Source: an uncultured Desulfatitalea sp.
GTDB taxonomy: Bacteria; Desulfobacterota; Desulfobacteria; Desulfobacterales; Desulfosarcinaceae
Assembly (NCBI GenBank): GCA_963668675.2
Contig: CAXXMB010000001.1
Coordinates: 128,001-192,000, forward strand
Length of the DNA stretch: 64,000 nt
Reading direction: 5' to 3'
Below are positions 10,391 through 20,440 of this stretch, piece by piece (within the stretch, counting starts at the first letter, position 1; every line of letters starts with the position of its first letter). A program made the position numbers and the translations under genes. Below the pieces are notes generated by a model. The model was given only the letters and a program-made list of their open reading frames with translations, was not told the DNA's origin and made no database searches.

Positions 10391-10685
10391 GGCGTCCTCC
10401 TTTCGGTAGTGTCCATCCACCAATGATCTTTTTACGCGATTTCGACGTTGACCGCGCAGATCCGGTCCTCAACAGGGTCGGGGTGCGCCAATGGTTCGAT
10501 GTTTCGGTGCGCCTGGAATGAACGCAAAAATGCCATATCCGTAGATCGACACTGGTAAATAGTTGGTTTTCGACCACGCATATTATCTCCCTTCCGGATT
10601 GATGTATCCGTCCCGCTTGAACGAGGCTTTTATTCGCCGTCGCCATCGCGGACCGGAGCACCCACGCCGAAAGGATAAAGCGGCG

Positions 10686-12647
10686 CTATTGGTTCAACGC
10701 TTCGATACCTTCATACTGCTTGAGGCAGTCGGGGTTGGCCAAGGCGTCCCGGTTGGTGACGGGATCCCCGTGAATAACATTGCGCACGGCCAGTTCGACC
10801 TTTTTCATATTGATGGTATAGGGGATCTCCTGCACCTGAATGACCTTTGCCGGCACATGGCGCGGGCTGCAGGTGTCTCGAATGTTTTTTCGGATCTTGT
10901 TGATCAGGGGCTCATCCAATGTGAGATCATTGGCGAGCGTGACGAAGAGGACCACGCGTACATCGTCTTGCCACTTCTGGCCTACCACGACGCTGTCGGC
11001 TACCTCTTCCATGGTCTCTAGTGCGGTGTAGATGTCGGCGGTGCCGATGCGGACGCCGCCGGGATTGAGGGTGGCATCGCTGCGTCCGTAGATGGTGATG
11101 CCGCGCGTCTGGCTATTGATGCTGATGAAGTCGCCATGCGTCCAGACGCCAGGGTACTTCGTAAAGTAGGCGTTTCGGTAGCGTTCTCCATCCGGATCGT
11201 TCCAGAAGTAAACCGGCATGCTGGGAAACGCCCGGGTGCATACCAGCTCTCCGGTCTGATCGTACACCGGCTGTCCGCTATCGTCATAGGCCTGGACATT
11301 TAGCCCCAATCCTGGTCCCTGGAGCTCTCCGGCGTGGACCGGGAGCAGGGGCGTACCCAGGGCGAAGCAGCCGTTGAGGTCGGTGCCGCCGCTGATCGAG
11401 GCCAACTGCATCTCCTTTTTGATGGCACGGTAGGCGTACTCGAAACCCGATACGGAGAGCGGGGAGCCGGTTGAGCAGATCATGCGCAGCCGTTCCAGAT
11501 TGCAGTCCTTGCCGGGTTCATAGCCGGCTTCATCCAGGGCCGTGATGTATCTTGCACTGGTGCCGAAGATGGTGATGCCCACCTGCTCGGCGAGCTTCCA
11601 GAGCACTTCAGGCCCCGGGTGAAAGGGCGAGCCGTCGTACAGGACCAGGGATGCGCCCGCGGCCAAACCGCACACCAGCCAATTCCACATCATCCAGCCG
11701 CAGGTGGTAAAGTAGAAGAGCACATCGTCACGCCCCAGGTCGCAATGCAGCAGGTGCTCTTTGAACTGATTCAGCAGGATACCGGCATGGCTCTGAACCA
11801 TACACTTGGGTTTGCCCGTCGTTCCGGAGCTGTACATGATATAGAGCGGATGTTCCGCCGGCAGCTGAACAAACGTAATCTCTTCCGGCGTGTGGGGCGC
11901 CAGAAAGGCTCCCCAGGATATGGCGTTGGGGACCTTGTCCAGGTCCGGTTGGTCGGTGGTGTAGCTCACCACGACCACCTTTTCCACCTTGGGGAGATGG
12001 CTCAGGATGCCACCGACCCGCTCGAGACTGTCGAAAGCCTTCCCATTGTAAAAGTAGCCGTCGCAGGTGACGAGTACCTTGGGTTCGATCTGGCCGAAGC
12101 GATCGAGCACACCCTTGATACCGAAATCGGGCGAGGACGAAGACCATATGGCGCCCAGACTCGCGGTGGCCAGCATCGCAATAATGGTTTGAGGCATGTT
12201 GGGCATAAAGCCCGCTACTCGGTCCCCCTTGACCACACCGGATGCCGCAAGGGCCTGGGCCATGCGGCTCACCTCCTTATAGAGTTGCCGGTAGGAGTAG
12301 GTGACCTGCGGCTGACCCTCGCCCTGGAAAATCAGGGCGGTCCGATCGTCCCGATAGCGCAGCAGGTTTTCGGCGAAGTTGAGTTCGGCCCCGGCAAACC
12401 ATTTTGCGCCCGGCATTTGGGACTGATCGCTGACCACTTCATCGTATGATTTGCTGGCAATGATACCGGCAAATTCCCAGAACAGGCCCCAGAACTCGGG
12501 AATGTGGTCCACAGACCATTGCCAGAGCTGGTGATAGTCCGAAAGGGCAAGGCTGTAGCGTCGGTTGACCTCGTCCATGAAGCGCATCATTTTTGAGTTT
12601 CGGATAAACGCTTCCGAGGGTTGCCAAAGGGTTTTCGGATGTTTCAT
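10686..12647 (-). CDS. Acetoacetate--CoA ligase
   Basis: YSSGTTGKPKCMV, TTCGWMMWNW, SISGGTD, GRSDATLNPGGVRIGTA, KKVELAV. Confidence 0.9.
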   Translation of the reverse strand: MKHPKTLWQPSEAFIRNSKMMRFMDEVNRRYSLALSDYHQLWQWSVDHIPEFWGLFWEFAGIIASKSYDEVVSDQSQMPGAKWFAGAELNFAENLLRYRDDRTALIFQGEGQPQVTYSYRQLYKEVSRMAQALAASGVVKGDRVAGFMPNMPQTIIAMLATASLGAIWSSSSPDFGIKGVLDRFGQIEPKVLVTCDGYFYNGKAFDSLERVGGILSHLPKVEKVVVVSYTTDQPDLDKVPNAISWGAFLAPHTPEEITFVQLPAEHPLYIMYSSGTTGKPKCMVQSHAGILLNQFKEHLLHCDLGRDDVLFYFTTCGWMMWNWLVCGLAAGASLVLYDGSPFHPGPEVLWKLAEQVGITIFGTSARYITALDEAGYEPGKDCNLERLRMICSTGSPLSVSGFEYAYRAIKKEMQLASISGGTDLNGCFALGTPLLPVHAGELQGPGLGLNVQAYDDSGQPVYDQTGELVCTRAFPSMPVYFWNDPDGERYRNAYFTKYPGVWTHGDFISINSQTRGITIYGRSDATLNPGGVRIGTADIYTALETMEEVADSVVVGQKWQDDVRVVLFVTLANDLTLDEPLINKIRKNIRDTCSPRHVPAKVIQVQEIPYTINMKKVELAVRNVIHGDPVTNRDALANPDCLKQYEGIEALNQ

Positions 12648-12688
12648 GAGACCTCCTCATAGCCCAAGCTGTTGCCCCCTTAGGGGAA

Positions 12689-13624
12689 TTAAAAGGCGAC
12701 GTTCTCAAGACCCTTGAGATTCAGTATCTCCCTGGCTTCGGCCGGGGTTGCCGTCTCCACACCCAGTTCGCCGGCGATCCGCTTCAGCTTGGCCACCTGC
12801 TCGCCACTGCTTTTGGCCAGGACGCCCTTCTCCAGGTAAAGATTGTCCTCGAGGCCCACGCGCGCGTGGCCGCCCATGAGCAGGGCATGGGTGGTCATGG
12901 CAAACTGGGTGCGGCCCGCGGCACACACCGACCATTGAAAATCGTCGATCTGCTGCCGTGCGGTTTGCACCAGATAGACCAGGTTCTCTACCGTGGCCGG
13001 AATGCCGCCCAGAATGCCCAGCACAAATTGCAGGTAGACCGGTTTTCGGATGTGGCCGGCTTCGATCAGATGGGCCAGGTTATTGATCATGCCCACATCG
13101 TAGATCTCGAACTCCGGTTTGGTTCCGTACTCGCCCATCAACTCGGTAAACTTGCGCATGGTGTAGAAAGTGTTGGGAAAGATGAAATCTTCGGTGCCTG
13201 CCAGGTATTGCTCTTCCCAGTCGTGCTTCCACCGGCCCGCATATTTTTCGGCCACATGGAACAGGGCAAAGTTCATGGAGCCGGCATTCAGGCTTGCCAA
13301 TTCGGGCTTCAGGCTGGAAACCACCCGGGCCCGGTTCTCCACGCTGTCGCCCAGGCTGCCGCCGGTGGTGGCGCAAATAACGATGTCGCACTGCCGCTTG
13401 ACCTCTGTGGCCACCTCCATGAAGATATCCTGATCCGCCATGGGCTGACCGCTCTTGGGGTCGCGGACATGCAGGTGCGCCACGGCGCCCCCGGCCTTGT
13501 ATACACTCATGATGTCATCAACCAACTGCTGCGGCGTGATCGGCAGGTGTGGTGACATGGTCGGGGTGTGAATGGCGCCGGTGACGGCGGCGGTGATGAT
13601 CGCTTTTCGGGAGGGGTTCCCCAT
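12689..13624 (-). CDS. Beta-keto acid cleavage enzyme (BKACE/DUF849, Kce-like)
   Basis: IITAAVTGAIHTP, HLHVRD metal motif, KPEFEIYD, RVGLEDN. Confidence 0.9.
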   Translation of the reverse strand: MGNPSRKAIITAAVTGAIHTPTMSPHLPITPQQLVDDIMSVYKAGGAVAHLHVRDPKSGQPMADQDIFMEVATEVKRQCDIVICATTGGSLGDSVENRARVVSSLKPELASLNAGSMNFALFHVAEKYAGRWKHDWEEQYLAGTEDFIFPNTFYTMRKFTELMGEYGTKPEFEIYDVGMINNLAHLIEAGHIRKPVYLQFVLGILGGIPATVENLVYLVQTARQQIDDFQWSVCAAGRTQFAMTTHALLMGGHARVGLEDNLYLEKGVLAKSSGEQVAKLKRIAGELGVETATPAEAREILNLKGLENVAF

Positions 13625-13651
13625 TTTTTATGCTCTCCTTTTCAATGTGCG

Positions 13652-14209
13652 CTAAGGGACGTAAATAACCATGACGCATTTGACATCGCGATGATCGTCA
13701 GGAATACCATAGTGCGGGATACCGGAGTCGAAATAGACGCAATCGCCCGGTTCCAGGATGTAGACATCGTCTCCGTGAAATAAGCGCATGCGCCCTTCGA
13801 CGACCAGCATCATCTCTTCACCTTCGTGTTGAAAAACCTCGCTCCTCTTGGAATCGGAGGGAATGGTGAGGATGGAAGGTATCATCTTTTTGTTCGGATA
13901 GCTGTGCGCCAGGGTTTCGTACGAATATCCGAAGTCGACGCCTGTCTTGGCCATCACGTGACGTTCCGACTTTCTGACCACGGCACATCGGTTGACCGTG
14001 GTTTCATCGCCAAAAATATCGGAAAGGGCTACACCCAACGCCTTTGCGATAACAATCAGGGTGGATACGGGCGGAGATTTTTTCGAGTTTTCGACTTTGG
14101 ACAAGTAGCCTTTGGTGTGGCCTGTTTTTTCAGCGAGTGCCTCAAGGGTGAGTTTACGGGAGATTCGAATCGATTTGATACTCTTTCCTATTTGGGATTC
14201 TTCTATCAT
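13652..14209 (-). CDS. XRE-family HTH/cupin transcriptional regulator
   Basis: LEALAEKTGHTKGYLSKVEN HTH; HEGEE...PGDCVYFDSGIPH cupin. Confidence 0.9.
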   Translation of the reverse strand: MIEESQIGKSIKSIRISRKLTLEALAEKTGHTKGYLSKVENSKKSPPVSTLIVIAKALGVALSDIFGDETTVNRCAVVRKSERHVMAKTGVDFGYSYETLAHSYPNKKMIPSILTIPSDSKRSEVFQHEGEEMMLVVEGRMRLFHGDDVYILEPGDCVYFDSGIPHYGIPDDHRDVKCVMVIYVP

Positions 14210-14230
14210 AAGGGCAGTACTTATTATAAT

Positions 14231-14514
14231 TCAACTTTCGGTGTTCAGGATCCGGTGAGTCCAATGGGTGGTCTGCACCTAAACGGCACTATTAACCCGG
14301 CAATTAATTACCTTAGCAATCGTCATTCCGGCGCAGGCCGGGCACGCAGTGAAGCCTTGGCGCTATCCAGACCGTTCCTGGATCCCGGATCAAGTCCGGG
14401 ATGACAAAGGTTGGCCTATTTAATTGCCGGTTTAATAACATGCAATGCTGACCAGGTGCAGACCATCCACTGGACTCACCTCCGTATATGGATTAAGCCA
14501 AACCCGGAGGTTGA
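14231..14514. mobile_element. MITE-like family A, copy 2 (internally shortened, interrupted by family B element)
   Basis: TCAACTTTC...GGTGAGTCCAATGGGTGGTCTGCACCT / AGGTGCAGACCATCCACTGGACTCACC...GAGGTTGA, homologous to 8615-8857. Confidence 0.65.
14290..14437. mobile_element. MITE family B, 148 bp including flanking TA dinucleotides
   Basis: TIRs TTAACCCGGCAATTAA / TTAATTGCCGGTTTAA flanked by TA; same-length copy at 47117-47264. Confidence 0.8.
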
Positions 14515-14548
14515 GATTTATATTCAAGTATAGAATATTTGAGAACTT

Positions 14549-14592
14549 GGTTTCCTGACAGGAAACCTACGGCGCTGCGGATTGTGTGTCAA
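14549..14592 (-). promoter_or_regulatory. Sigma70-type promoter with overlapping palindromic operator for the xre-BKACE operon
   Basis: Minus strand TTGACA-N17-TAGGTT (14592-14564); palindrome GGTTTCCTG-A-CAGGAAACC at 14549-14567 overlaps the -10. Confidence 0.6.
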
Positions 14593-14740
14593 GATCTTTT
14601 ATGCGGGTGGTTTCAAGGGGGCTGCGCCTGGGAGATGATTTGGCTTTGGAACCTCTATTGGCCTTTGCTGAAATGACCATCTGTAGCAGGAAGGGTGCGG
14701 GATAACTGCCGCCCGCGCCCTTCCCGGGAGTGAAAAATCC

Positions 14741-15691
14741 TTAGAAGTGATAGACAAACCGCAGGTTGAACCGCTCGCCTTCGGGGCGGTTTTCGGCCTC
14801 CGTTTCGAAATAGGCGTTGAAGAACAGATGGGCATCTTTACTGATATGCCACAGCAGCCCGGGGCCGATGGCCAGCACCTGTTCGCGCTGGTCATCCACC
14901 TTGTTGCCGTCCACTTCGAAATCGGTGATCTGTTTGAGATAGTAGCCGTTGATACCTATCCGCAACATGGGAAGGATCTGGTAGGCGGTTGCAAAATTGA
15001 GGTGGACCGCCTGGCCCGCCTGGGTATCGTCAACTGCTCCGGAAAATCGGTTGGGGTCGTCGTTCTTTGCATTCCAGAGATAATGAATCCGCGTTGAAGC
15101 CGTCCATTTCGGTGTGATAAACAGGGTGCCGGCCCAATAGGGGTTGAAGGAGAAAAAGTTGCTGCCCGGGTTCAGTTCCTTGTCTTCGTCATATTTGCCG
15201 GTGGGCAGGATGAACTGCAATTCGACGCGGTGCATGAAGCGCGGTCCGTTGGCTCCCATCGTTGGACCCCACTGCAGGTAGGGGCCGACCAGCAGGTCGC
15301 CCAGACCGTTGCCGTTGTCCTCAGGACCTCCGCCGCTGTAGGAGGCATCCAGAAAGACATAGGGGATGATCACGTCCAGCCCCCATTTACCTCCGGCCAA
15401 GATCGCTTGGTCGGACTGGTAGAGGAATTGGGTCAGGCTGATCCAGGCTTCGAGGTCCTCATCGTTTACGCCACCAAAGAGATTGTCTCCGTTTTGATCG
15501 GTATAGTCATCGGACGTCCAGCGTTGCAGGTACTGGGTAAAATAGAAACCGGGGCCGGCCGGCGGTCCGCCGTCCATGAAGCTGGTAAACCCAAGGTTCA
15601 CCGACGGCAGGTCATAAGCCCCCACCGGTGCTGCGACGAACACAAATGCCAAAACCAATCCAATACCTATCCATTCACGCAATCGTTTCAT
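14741..15691 (-). CDS. Outer-membrane beta-barrel, SphA/phenol MetA-pathway family
   Basis: Signal peptide, [35 protein letters not shown]-terminal Phe. Confidence 0.75.
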   Translation of the reverse strand: MKRLREWIGIGLVLAFVFVAAPVGAYDLPSVNLGFTSFMDGGPPAGPGFYFTQYLQRWTSDDYTDQNGDNLFGGVNDEDLEAWISLTQFLYQSDQAILAGGKWGLDVIIPYVFLDASYSGGGPEDNGNGLGDLLVGPYLQWGPTMGANGPRFMHRVELQFILPTGKYDEDKELNPGSNFFSFNPYWAGTLFITPKWTASTRIHYLWNAKNDDPNRFSGAVDDTQAGQAVHLNFATAYQILPMLRIGINGYYLKQITDFEVDGNKVDDQREQVLAIGPGLLWHISKDAHLFFNAYFETEAENRPEGERFNLRFVYHF

Positions 15692-15951
15692 CGTCTCCTC
15701 CTTTTTTTGAATTCAGCGCCTTACCTTAAGAATGATCGCCTCCTCAAACCTCATCCCGGGGATGAAGTCAAGCGTTTCTGCCGAATCACATGGGGCCGTT
15801 TGGCATTGGAGTCTCGCGGTGAAGATGGCTGAAAGTCTTGCATGCCAATCGTTTCTGACGTATCGTTATTCATATCGCTTGTCTGAATTTTTTCATGCGC
15901 CTGTAAATTGTTCCATCGACGAAGAACTCATGTTTCATTCATCATGGAGAC

Positions 15952-17484
15952 ATGGCGATGAAAACGAAACCCAACGATAGCAAGAAGCCGCTCAATGTGG
16001 CCATTGTCGGTGGCGGCAAGACATGTAAATATTTCCTCGAGCAACTGCAGCAAGACCTGCTCCCCTATCTTCATATCAATATTGTGGGCGTCTGCGATAT
16101 CAACGACACTGCCGAAGGGGTGGTGCTCGCCCGGAAAATGAACATCTACACGACCGATAATTATAAAGATCTATTTAAAATCAAGGACCTGGACGGGATT
16201 CTTGAATTGACCAACAGCAGGGATGTTCTGCTCGAACTGATCAATCTCAGGCCCCGACGCGTGGGCATCATCGAGCACAATATCGGCCAGCTCATGAAAA
16301 GCCTGTTTCAAATCCATCAACAGTTGAAATCGGCGGAGCGCCAGGCGGTGCTTGAACGAACGATATCGGATTTTGTTATCCAGCAAGTCAACGACAAGGT
16401 CGTTATCCTGAGTCCCGATTTTACCGTCATCAATGCCAACGAGGCCTACCTGAAGAGCCTGAACAAGACCAAGGAAGCGGTCATTGGTGCAAGCTGCTAC
16501 GAGGTTACTTTCGGTCTGGATGTTCCCTGCGCCAGTTCGCAAACCGGTATTAAATGCCCCATGCTCGAAACCCTTAAAACAGGCCAATCGGCGCATGTGA
16601 TATTCGAGCATCCATCCGCGGATGGCCATTTGATGTACAGCGACCTGATCACTTATCCTGTGAAAGATCCGCGGGGCAAAATCGTGCAGATCGTCGAAAT
16701 ATGGCGCGATATCACCCAAGAGCTTGTCCCGACCTGGGAAAAAAGAATGGATCGGCTCAAATCCGACATCAACAAGCTGGTCCAGGAAGACCGAATGATA
16801 TCCCTGGGTAAATTGGTGGCCAGCTGCGTCCACGAGATCAACAATCCGATCCAGGGGCTGTTGACCTTCAGCTATCTGATAAAAAACATGCTGGAAGAGG
16901 GGAGGCCGTCGGATGCTACACTGGAAGAGATACAAAAGCATATCGACATCATGTGCAAAGAGCTCGAGCGCTGTGGTCACATCGTATCGGGCCTGCTCTC
17001 TTTCTCACGCGACGCCTCTCAAAAATTTTTACCGACGGACATCAATGAGGTCGTTCAATCCACCATCACTTTGACCCACCATAAAATGGCGCTGCAAAAC
17101 ATACGTCTCTCCCTGGATTTGAGCGCGGAACCGTTGATCGTCTATGGCGCCTCCGGTAGACTGGAACAGTGTTTTCTCAACCTGGTGTTCAACGCCATTG
17201 AAGCGATGCCCGATGGCGGACAGCTGTCGATCGAAACGATATGGGAAAAAGAGGGGCATCAGGCGATATTCCGGATCAGGGATCAGGGGAATGGAATTCC
17301 CGATGGCCAACTGGGCAACATTTTCGATCCTTTTTATACGACCAAGGGGCCTGGTGAGGGTACCGGCTTGGGTCTTTCGATCGTATATGGGGTGGTGAAA
17401 AATCACGGTGGCGACATAAAAGTCGAGAGCGAACCGGAAAACGGATGTTGCTTTGAATTGGTGTTTCCCATTTACAGGCCATGA
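15952..17484 (+). CDS. Cytoplasmic sensor histidine kinase with N-terminal Rossmann-like and PAS domains
   Basis: VAIVGGGKTC...IVGVCDI; PAS with CY..C..CP; H-box VHEINNP; N-box NLVFNAIEAM; DQGNG, FDPFYTTK, GTGLGL; no TM segment seen. Confidence 0.9.
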   Translation: MAMKTKPNDSKKPLNVAIVGGGKTCKYFLEQLQQDLLPYLHINIVGVCDINDTAEGVVLARKMNIYTTDNYKDLFKIKDLDGILELTNSRDVLLELINLRPRRVGIIEHNIGQLMKSLFQIHQQLKSAERQAVLERTISDFVIQQVNDKVVILSPDFTVINANEAYLKSLNKTKEAVIGASCYEVTFGLDVPCASSQTGIKCPMLETLKTGQSAHVIFEHPSADGHLMYSDLITYPVKDPRGKIVQIVEIWRDITQELVPTWEKRMDRLKSDINKLVQEDRMISLGKLVASCVHEINNPIQGLLTFSYLIKNMLEEGRPSDATLEEIQKHIDIMCKELERCGHIVSGLLSFSRDASQKFLPTDINEVVQSTITLTHHKMALQNIRLSLDLSAEPLIVYGASGRLEQCFLNLVFNAIEAMPDGGQLSIETIWEKEGHQAIFRIRDQGNGIPDGQLGNIFDPFYTTKGPGEGTGLGLSIVYGVVKNHGGDIKVESEPENGCCFELVFPIYRP

Positions 17485-17525
17485 TCCGGGATGCCTGAAG
17501 GGAGGCCCGGCGCAGGAGGATCTCA

Positions 17526-18881
17526 ATGAAAGAGACGATGCGAATCATGATCGTTGATGATGAAAGGATCATTCGAGAATCATTTCTCAACTGGTTTGCC
17601 AAATACGGCTTTTGTGTCGATGTCGCATCATCCGGTTTGGAAGCATTGGACAAACTAGAGAAGAACTCTTTTGACCTGCTGTTTGTCGATGTCAAAATGC
17701 CGGGAATGGATGGTATTGAACTGCTTGAACGGGTGAAGGCCGACGCTCCAGACACCGAGGTCGTTATCATTACGGCCTACGGCTCGATTGATACGGCGGT
17801 GAAAGCCATGAAAATGGGCGCTGTCGATTACCTGCTCAAACCCTTCAAACCGGATCAGCTCTCCCTCGTGCTCGAAAAAGTCACCCAGCAAAAGAAGCGA
17901 TCAATGCACTATCGCTATCTGAAAAGCCACCTGAAGCAGATGACCCGGTTTGACAATATCATCGGCCAATCACCACCGATGAAGAAGATCTTTCACTTGA
18001 TTCTTGAAGTTTCGAAAACCGAAGCATCGATCTTAATCACTGGCGAAACAGGCACAGGCAAAGAACTGGTTGCACGCGCCATTCATGCCAAAAGTGCTCG
18101 CGCACAGCATCCGTTCATCGCGTTGAACTGTGGTGCCATTCCGGACTCACTGCTCGAAGCCGAACTGTTCGGGCATCAAAAAGGCGCCTACACCGGTGCC
18201 ACCCAGCGCCGCAAGGGCTATTTTGAAGTGGTGTCCGGCGGGACACTCTTCTTGGATGAGATTGGAGAAATCAGCCACAAGATGCAGGTGGATCTGTTGC
18301 GGGTACTGGAAGAGAAGAAGATCAAGCAGCTTGGCAGCGCCTATATGGTCGATGTGGACTTTCGCTTAATCTGCGCCACGCGGCAGAATCTAAAGAAGAA
18401 GATCGAAAAGAGAGAATTCAGGGAGGATCTTTTCTATCGAATGAATGTGATCACCATCGAGATACCGCCCTTGCGTGAACGAAAAAGCGACATTTCTCTA
18501 TTGGTCGACCATTTCATCGACAAATACAATGAGGAGACCAATAAAAAAGTGGATCGTGTGGCACCTGAAGCGTTGCAGTTGATCATGGCCTATGACTGGC
18601 CTGGGAATGTGCGCGAACTGAGAAATGCCATTGAACGTGCGGTCGTCCTTTCGAAGTCACATGTCCTGGGTTTGGAAAGCTTCCGTTTCCTCCAATCAAC
18701 TGCGGCACCCGTTTTGGATGCCAGATCTCTTGTGGAGATGGAGAAGCGGCATATAGGACGCATTCTGGATCAATGTGACGGCAATGTGAGCCAAGCCGCT
18801 CGTGTCTTGGAGATTAATCGTGCCACTTTGCACAAAAAGATCAAACGGTATGGCTTTTCAAAACGCTCGGAAAATGTCTGA
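17526..18881 (+). CDS. Sigma54-dependent response regulator (NtrC family)
   Basis: Receiver DDE/DVKMPGMDG, GETGTGKELVA, GAYTGA, WPGNVRELRN, C-terminal HTH. Confidence 0.95.
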   Translation: MKETMRIMIVDDERIIRESFLNWFAKYGFCVDVASSGLEALDKLEKNSFDLLFVDVKMPGMDGIELLERVKADAPDTEVVIITAYGSIDTAVKAMKMGAVDYLLKPFKPDQLSLVLEKVTQQKKRSMHYRYLKSHLKQMTRFDNIIGQSPPMKKIFHLILEVSKTEASILITGETGTGKELVARAIHAKSARAQHPFIALNCGAIPDSLLEAELFGHQKGAYTGATQRRKGYFEVVSGGTLFLDEIGEISHKMQVDLLRVLEEKKIKQLGSAYMVDVDFRLICATRQNLKKKIEKREFREDLFYRMNVITIEIPPLRERKSDISLLVDHFIDKYNEETNKKVDRVAPEALQLIMAYDWPGNVRELRNAIERAVVLSKSHVLGLESFRFLQSTAAPVLDARSLVEMEKRHIGRILDQCDGNVSQAARVLEINRATLHKKIKRYGFSKRSENV

Positions 18882-18884
18882 CCC

Positions 18885-19433
18885 ATGCGAAAACAGAGGG
18901 TAGAAATAGGGATTCTCCCTGTCGGCGATATCTCCCATCTCATTTTGGATGTCATTTCCGCCAATATTTCGGAGTATTTGCGCGTCGAGACCCTTGTCAT
19001 GCCAGGCATCGAGATCCCACCTCGCTCGTGGCAGCAAAATAGGCAGCAGTATGACATAGGGCCCATCCTGGCGCACCTTGAGGCCCACAAAGGAGATCAT
19101 GTCGAAAAAGTGCTCGGCGTATTGGCCGTTGACCTTTTTATTCCTATCTTCACACATGTTTTTGGCGGTGCGAGGCAAGGCGCGGATTGCGGTATCGTTT
19201 CCATCTATCGATTGTTGGATCATCCGCAAGAGAGCGCCGCTCCATCGCCGCTTGTTCTGGAACGGTCAATCAAGGTCGCCCTGCACGAAGTGGGACATCT
19301 GTTTAATCTGGTTCATTGCGATGACCCGCGCTGCTTGATGCATTTCTCGGGCAGTGTGGGAGAACTCGATCAACTCGGCCTTTTTTTTTGCCGCTACTGC
19401 CGGTCCTTCTTAAGCAGACCTGCAGGCAGTTGA
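18885..19433 (+). CDS. Archaemetzincin-like Zn metalloprotease (M54)
   Basis: HEVGHLFNLVHCDDPRCLMHFS...FCRYC. Confidence 0.85.
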   Translation: MRKQRVEIGILPVGDISHLILDVISANISEYLRVETLVMPGIEIPPRSWQQNRQQYDIGPILAHLEAHKGDHVEKVLGVLAVDLFIPIFTHVFGGARQGADCGIVSIYRLLDHPQESAAPSPLVLERSIKVALHEVGHLFNLVHCDDPRCLMHFSGSVGELDQLGLFFCRYCRSFLSRPAGS

Positions 19434-19446
19434 GGGCGTATCAGTC

Positions 19447-20376
19447 TCAATCCGACGGCCGCGTTCCCAAAAACGATTCAGTCAGGGCGCTCCAGCCAAT
19501 CTCCGGGAACGTCGAGACCACGTCGTCGATGATTTGACCTCCGGTGGCGGCCAAGGCCTCGTATCCATCGCCAATCATGTTCAGCAGTTTCTGGCTTTCC
19601 GATTCGATCCATCGCTTTGACTCGCTGCCGTAGTAAAGGCCCTTCAGATTACGTTTCGGCACCTCCGGTGCTACAACGGCCAGCCAGCCCTCATGATAAG
19701 GATCTTGATGCGAAATCTCCGGATCGGTCTTAACCCTCTGGTTGACAGCTAGTACATTTCCGGTTATCGGAGATAGCACGGCGGCTTTTTGCGCCGAGCG
19801 TGCAAAGGTCCACCCGATTTTATGCTGTTCCACTTTCGAACCCAATGGCGGCAGATCGATGCGTTGGACGGGTCCAAACAATTTGACCAGAAAGTCATCA
19901 AACCCGATTCGTACGCGTCCGCCATGCTCAAAACGCGCCCAGGTGTGGCCGAAATGGTAATAGTGGTCGTCTGCCATCCGATACCCGGCCGCCGATGAGT
20001 AGTGGGGGGGCGTCACGGCGTGGTCCAGATCGACGTCATCGAGCCATTGATCAAATTCACAGTGGTAGCACTCGTAGTTCATCGCGCAGATTTTGGGGTA
20101 GGAAATCCGGCCTGTCATGACATGTCGGCACAACTGTTTGGTTGTCCGATAGTGCTTGTTGAGGGTTTCCGACCATCCGCTTTCCTTAACCTGGGGCGCG
20201 GAAGAGGTGCGCCCCATAGCTCGCTGCATGGCCTTGTCGAATGGGCATGAGTTGCAGTCATATGCATTGTCACACAAACGGAAATTGACAATGCCGGTCT
20301 TCATCCAGATGCATTCATTCTCAATGACCTGAAAACCCTTGACTGCCCTTTTGGGGGGATTGGTATGGCGTTTCAT
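19447..20376 (-). CDS. GcvH-like protein with duplicated Cys-rich N-terminal domain
   Basis: YYHFGHTWAR, VRIGFDDF, LSPITGNVLAVN, DPYHEGWL; AGGAGG RBS before ATG 20376. Confidence 0.85.
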   Translation of the reverse strand: MKRHTNPPKRAVKGFQVIENECIWMKTGIVNFRLCDNAYDCNSCPFDKAMQRAMGRTSSAPQVKESGWSETLNKHYRTTKQLCRHVMTGRISYPKICAMNYECYHCEFDQWLDDVDLDHAVTPPHYSSAAGYRMADDHYYHFGHTWARFEHGGRVRIGFDDFLVKLFGPVQRIDLPPLGSKVEQHKIGWTFARSAQKAAVLSPITGNVLAVNQRVKTDPEISHQDPYHEGWLAVVAPEVPKRNLKGLYYGSESKRWIESESQKLLNMIGDGYEALAATGGQIIDDVVSTFPEIGWSALTESFLGTRPSD

Positions 20377-20440
20377 ATCGACACCTCCTTTTGCACTGAC
20401 GCCATTGCGGTTCGTCTGCATCAATGCTTGATATGCCTAT

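Noticed and set aside
19447..20376. Functional glycine cleavage system
   Set aside because: No gcvP/gcvT/gcvL nearby and the ESVK lipoylation motif is not present
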